From Candidatus Bathyarchaeota archaeon (GTDB lineage: Archaea; Thermoproteota; Bathyarchaeia; 40CM-2-53-6), in NCBI GenBank assembly GCA_963833125.1, contig CAWHWX010000001.1:256001-320000 (forward strand): 64,000 bases of DNA. Reading direction: 5' to 3'. The number at the start of each line of letters is the position of its first letter. Position 1 is the stretch's first letter. Both the position numbers and the translations under genes were made by a program. The notes below the pieces were generated by a model. It did no database searches. It was not told the DNA's origin and worked only from the letters and a program-made list of their open reading frames with translations. Shown here piece by piece: positions 60,721 through 64,000 of this stretch.

Positions 60721-61812
60721 ATGCCAACAGCCAATTACGATCCCCTAGTACGTAACGTTCTTTCCAAAACGCTCGCGATTCAGTCGGGTGACGATGTCAT
60801 TGTTGAAACATGGGATCATGGCCTCCCCATTGCCGCGAATTTCATTTACCGACTGCGCGAGCTAGGCGCGCGCCCAATGCTATGGTTCGAGCATGAGAAA
60901 ACATTCTGGCAATCGATTGATTCACTTCCCGAAGATAAGCTGGGGAAGGTGGGTGACCATGAATGGGCTGCGATTGAGAAAGCTAAAGGATACATCTTCA
61001 TCACAGGACCTGCTGAGTTCTCCAGGGTATGGAAGAATCCGGCAAAATTCGGAGCGGCTACGGGCTATAATGAGGAATGGTACGAGAGAGCTAAACGCTA
61101 CCGGCTGAAAGCAGCCCGCATCGGCTTGGGTTATACTAGCGCTAATCGTGCTCGCTCATACAGGCTTCCATTAGCCGCGTGGCAGCGAATGCTGATCGAA
61201 GCATCTACTGTTGATTTCGCAGGGTTGAAAGGTCAGGTAACGAAGCTCGCTCCGTTAATGAAGAACGGCGAGGTTAAGATTACTTCTCCCAACGGAACAA
61301 ACTTGACCCTCCGACTGTTAGACCGAGAAGTTTCCTCGGAGGATTGCATAGTTGATCAGGACGATTTGGATCACGGAAGAAACGTGGCAAACATCCCCGG
61401 CGGCAACATCCTAGCCTGTCCAGATGAAATGTTCGCGGAGGGAAGGGTTGTCTTTGATAGACCAACTCCATACATGGGCAAGTGGGTAGGTGGGATGCGT
61501 TTGGATTTCAAAGACGGGATACTCACCAACTACAAGGCGACCCAAAACGTTGGTCACTTCAAAGCGAGTTACGATAAAGCCTCAGGCGAGAAGAATCGGA
61601 TTGCAGCTATTGGTGTGGGCTTGAATCCTAAGGCAAGAATAGGTTTCCTACAGGATACCATGGTCGCAGGTGCAGTCACCGTTGCAATTGGCGGTAACGA
61701 CGATATTGGCGGAGCGAGCAAGACCGATTTCTATTTCCCAGGCATCCTGACAAAGGCAACATTAACCGTCAACGGAAACACCATCGTTCGAAACGGTAAA
61801 CTGACCATGTGA
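60721..61812 (+). CDS. M29 (AmpS/T) aminopeptidase-fold protein, metal ligands apparently lost
   Basis: ITSPNGTNLT, NIPGG, EGRVVFD, GVGLNP. Confidence 0.75.
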   Translation: MPTANYDPLVRNVLSKTLAIQSGDDVIVETWDHGLPIAANFIYRLRELGARPMLWFEHEKTFWQSIDSLPEDKLGKVGDHEWAAIEKAKGYIFITGPAEFSRVWKNPAKFGAATGYNEEWYERAKRYRLKAARIGLGYTSANRARSYRLPLAAWQRMLIEASTVDFAGLKGQVTKLAPLMKNGEVKITSPNGTNLTLRLLDREVSSEDCIVDQDDLDHGRNVANIPGGNILACPDEMFAEGRVVFDRPTPYMGKWVGGMRLDFKDGILTNYKATQNVGHFKASYDKASGEKNRIAAIGVGLNPKARIGFLQDTMVAGAVTVAIGGNDDIGGASKTDFYFPGILTKATLTVNGNTIVRNGKLTM

Positions 61813-61868
61813 AACGTTCTTTTATCGAATACCAGTTATTTCAAGGCGCGCGATAAGCGAAGGAATCT

Positions 61869-64000
61869 GTGCTGCGCCCACCCTCGAATTCGATAACGGG
61901 AGCCCCTCTAATTCTTGTGGCTATGCTTCTAGCCCAAACCTTGGCATTTTCTCATGGTGCGACTACCGCATCGATCGGACAGCATGCCGTAGCGTCTCAA
62001 GACCCATCTTCCGACGACTGGCCCACCTACCACAGAGACATGCTCAGATCAGGATACGATCCGAACTTTCCTCAATTCACCTCCGCCGTCCAGCGAAATT
62101 GGACATCAACGACACTGGATGGGGACGTTTACGCCGAGCCTCTAATCGTCGGAGCGGATGTTGTAGTCGCGACGGAAGCGAACTCCCTATACGAACTAAA
62201 CGCGGTCACTGGCCAGATTCTATGGCACATGAATTTTGGAACTCCAGTCAATGGGGCGGTGCTCCCGTGCGGAGACATAAACCCGTCCGGCATAACTAGC
62301 ACCCCGGTCATTGATGTTGCCGGAAGAACGATTTTTACCGTCGCGTTCCTAGCATCGCCCTCCCTGCACCATCAATTATTCGGAGTTGACCTAGATACTG
62401 GAGCGGTCAAATTCCAGATGGGCATCGACCCGCCCGGCTCCAACCCTACAGTTCAGCAACAGAGAGGAGCCTTGGCTTTGGCTAATGGGTATGTGTATGT
62501 TCCCTACGGTGGGTTGGATGGGGATTGCGGGTCGTACCACGGTCGGCTCGCCGCGACCAACACTAACGGGGGAGGCCCTGTATTTGGTTACCAAGTTCCA
62601 ACCGGAAATGCAGGCGCTATATGGGGAGGAGGGGACGGTCCCGTCGTAGACCAGACAGGGAACCTGCTGGTTGCTACAGGTAACAGTTTTTCCACTTCGA
62701 CATTCGACTACGGAGACGCCGTGCTAAAACTCTCTCCAGCCACAAACCCTCCCATAACCCTGATCGATTATTTTGCTCCCTCAAACTGGGCCACGCTTAA
62801 CGGTGGCGATCTTGATCTGGGATCCACTGAACCAGTCACTCTCAGCTCGAGCTACCTCTTTCAAATCGGCAAGGAAGGCGTTGGCGACGTGCTTAACGCT
62901 ACCCACCTAGGGGGAATCGGAGGAGAACTCTACTCTGCCCAAGTGTGCAATAGCGGTGGCGGAGCGTTCGGCGGTTTGGCTTACTTCTCCCCGTACCTGA
63001 TAGTTCCGTGCGACAATGGCCTTGTAGCGCTGCAAGTGACTCTCGGTTCCAGCCCATCCTTCTCTGTTGCTTGGCGTGGCCCCACTTACTTTACCGGTCC
63101 GCCTATCGTTGCAGGCAACGCCGTATGGGATGTGGATGTTAGCCATGGGAAGATTTACGCGTTCAACCTGACCAGCGGGACACCACTGTTCACAGACTCG
63201 ATTGGGTCTCCCCCGACGCATTTCAACTCGGTAAGCGCGGGTGACGGAGCGATCTTCGTCACGGCCAGCCGACAGGTACGAGCTTACCGTCAACCAATGA
63301 CGGTCATATTTCACACGACCCCACCAACATTTCCAGGCGCAACTTTGCCGGGCTCAATCAAAGCTTGCGGTGGAACATTCAATGATAGCCAATCAACTGT
63401 TTGTGCCGCCAGTTTCCCGGTCACAGCAAACCTACCTTCGCCCTCGACTGGTTGGCAGTTTGATCATTGGACTTGGAACGGTGGATTAAGTTGTACACCC
63501 TCAATGAATATGGCGAGTTGTTCTACCTCCGCGGTTGGTGGATCATTAACGGCCGTCTACGCCGCCAAAGTCACTTTTCACACAAACCCAAGCTCTTCAG
63601 GAGCAATGATCAGTTGGACATCATGCGCTGCTGTCGGTGAAAGCGACGGAGCATCTATCAATAGCACGAGTTATGGTTTAGTCAGCGCCTGTTACGTGCC
63701 CTCCGGTTACACTCTAGCAAACTGGAGTTGTTCCGCTGGTCTGATGTGTTCCGGGTCGAATGATCCGACTCAGGTCATATTTACTGGTCCTGGAACAATT
63801 ACGTTGACCTTGAAGTCTGGTTCGATTTCGTTACCTGCGCAAACCAACATAACTGCTATAGCGACTCCCTTGAGCCCAATGCATGGGACCATGTTCACTG
63901 TTTCAGGAGTGTTACGGAATGTTTCGAATGGAGTTGGGATAGCTAACAAGCAGATTGTGTTGGTGTTCAGTTGGAGCACAAACGAAGCGACCGTCACGAC
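61869..64000 (+). CDS. Secreted PQQ-type beta-propeller protein with Cys-containing C-terminal modules; 3'-truncated
   Basis: Not in the ORF track because it has no stop in the window; hand translation gives a signal-like LILVAMLLAQTLAFSHG, DWPTYHRD..RSG, LDGDVYAEPL, PCGDINPSGITSTPVID, QQQRGAL, DLDLGST. Confidence 0.85.
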   Translation, partial: MLRPPSNSITGAPLILVAMLLAQTLAFSHGATTASIGQHAVASQDPSSDDWPTYHRDMLRSGYDPNFPQFTSAVQRNWTSTTLDGDVYAEPLIVGADVVVATEANSLYELNAVTGQILWHMNFGTPVNGAVLPCGDINPSGITSTPVIDVAGRTIFTVAFLASPSLHHQLFGVDLDTGAVKFQMGIDPPGSNPTVQQQRGALALANGYVYVPYGGLDGDCGSYHGRLAATNTNGGGPVFGYQVPTGNAGAIWGGGDGPVVDQTGNLLVATGNSFSTSTFDYGDAVLKLSPATNPPITLIDYFAPSNWATLNGGDLDLGSTEPVTLSSSYLFQIGKEGVGDVLNATHLGGIGGELYSAQVCNSGGGAFGGLAYFSPYLIVPCDNGLVALQVTLGSSPSFSVAWRGPTYFTGPPIVAGNAVWDVDVSHGKIYAFNLTSGTPLFTDSIGSPPTHFNSVSAGDGAIFVTASRQVRAYRQPMTVIFHTTPPTFPGATLPGSIKACGGTFNDSQSTVCAASFPVTANLPSPSTGWQFDHWTWNGGLSCTPSMNMASCSTSAVGGSLTAVYAAKVTFHTNPSSSGAMISWTSCAAVGESDGASINSTSYGLVSACYVPSGYTLANWSCSAGLMCSGSNDPTQVIFTGPGTITLTLKSGSISLPAQTNITAIATPLSPMHGTMFTVSGVLRNVSNGVGIANKQIVLVFSWSTNEATVT

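Overview
Gene-dense archaeal chromosome segment: TATA-type promoters, TTG/GTG starts, archaeal cobY/cobZ, DUF35-thiolase, a SAMP/MoaD and an FrhB-family protein. The gene content resembles Bathyarchaeia or a related TACK lineage, but that is inference. All product calls come from motif recognition, not database searches. Left to right: acyl-CoA metabolism with a stand-alone diiron protein (0-4.6 kb); pyrimidine biosynthesis pyrD, pyrE plus a degenerate pyrE paralog, pyrB, pyrC (6-11 kb); two convergent xanthine-dehydrogenase-family molybdoenzyme operons, one with a ubiquitin-like sulfur carrier inside (11-19 kb); an N-heterocycle/ureide/amino-acid catabolic island with three APC permeases and paired paralogous enzymes (19-35 kb); an F420-type FrhB protein; a cobZ-cobS-cobY-cblT-cblS cobamide salvage operon with a divergent ECF S component (41.6-45.4 kb); an M1 aminopeptidase; a Tyr/Gly/Asn-rich prion-like small protein (49.5 kb); an MFS; a NUDIX-eIF2B-like fusion; SsnA-like and hydantoinase-like hydrolases; mocA; ArsR-SRPBCC; several apparent pseudoenzymes; and a secreted PQQ-type propeller protein running off the window end. 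About a dozen genes are split by 1-2 bp indels, most likely long-read consensus errors. No rRNA, tRNA, CRISPR array or transposase was seen.
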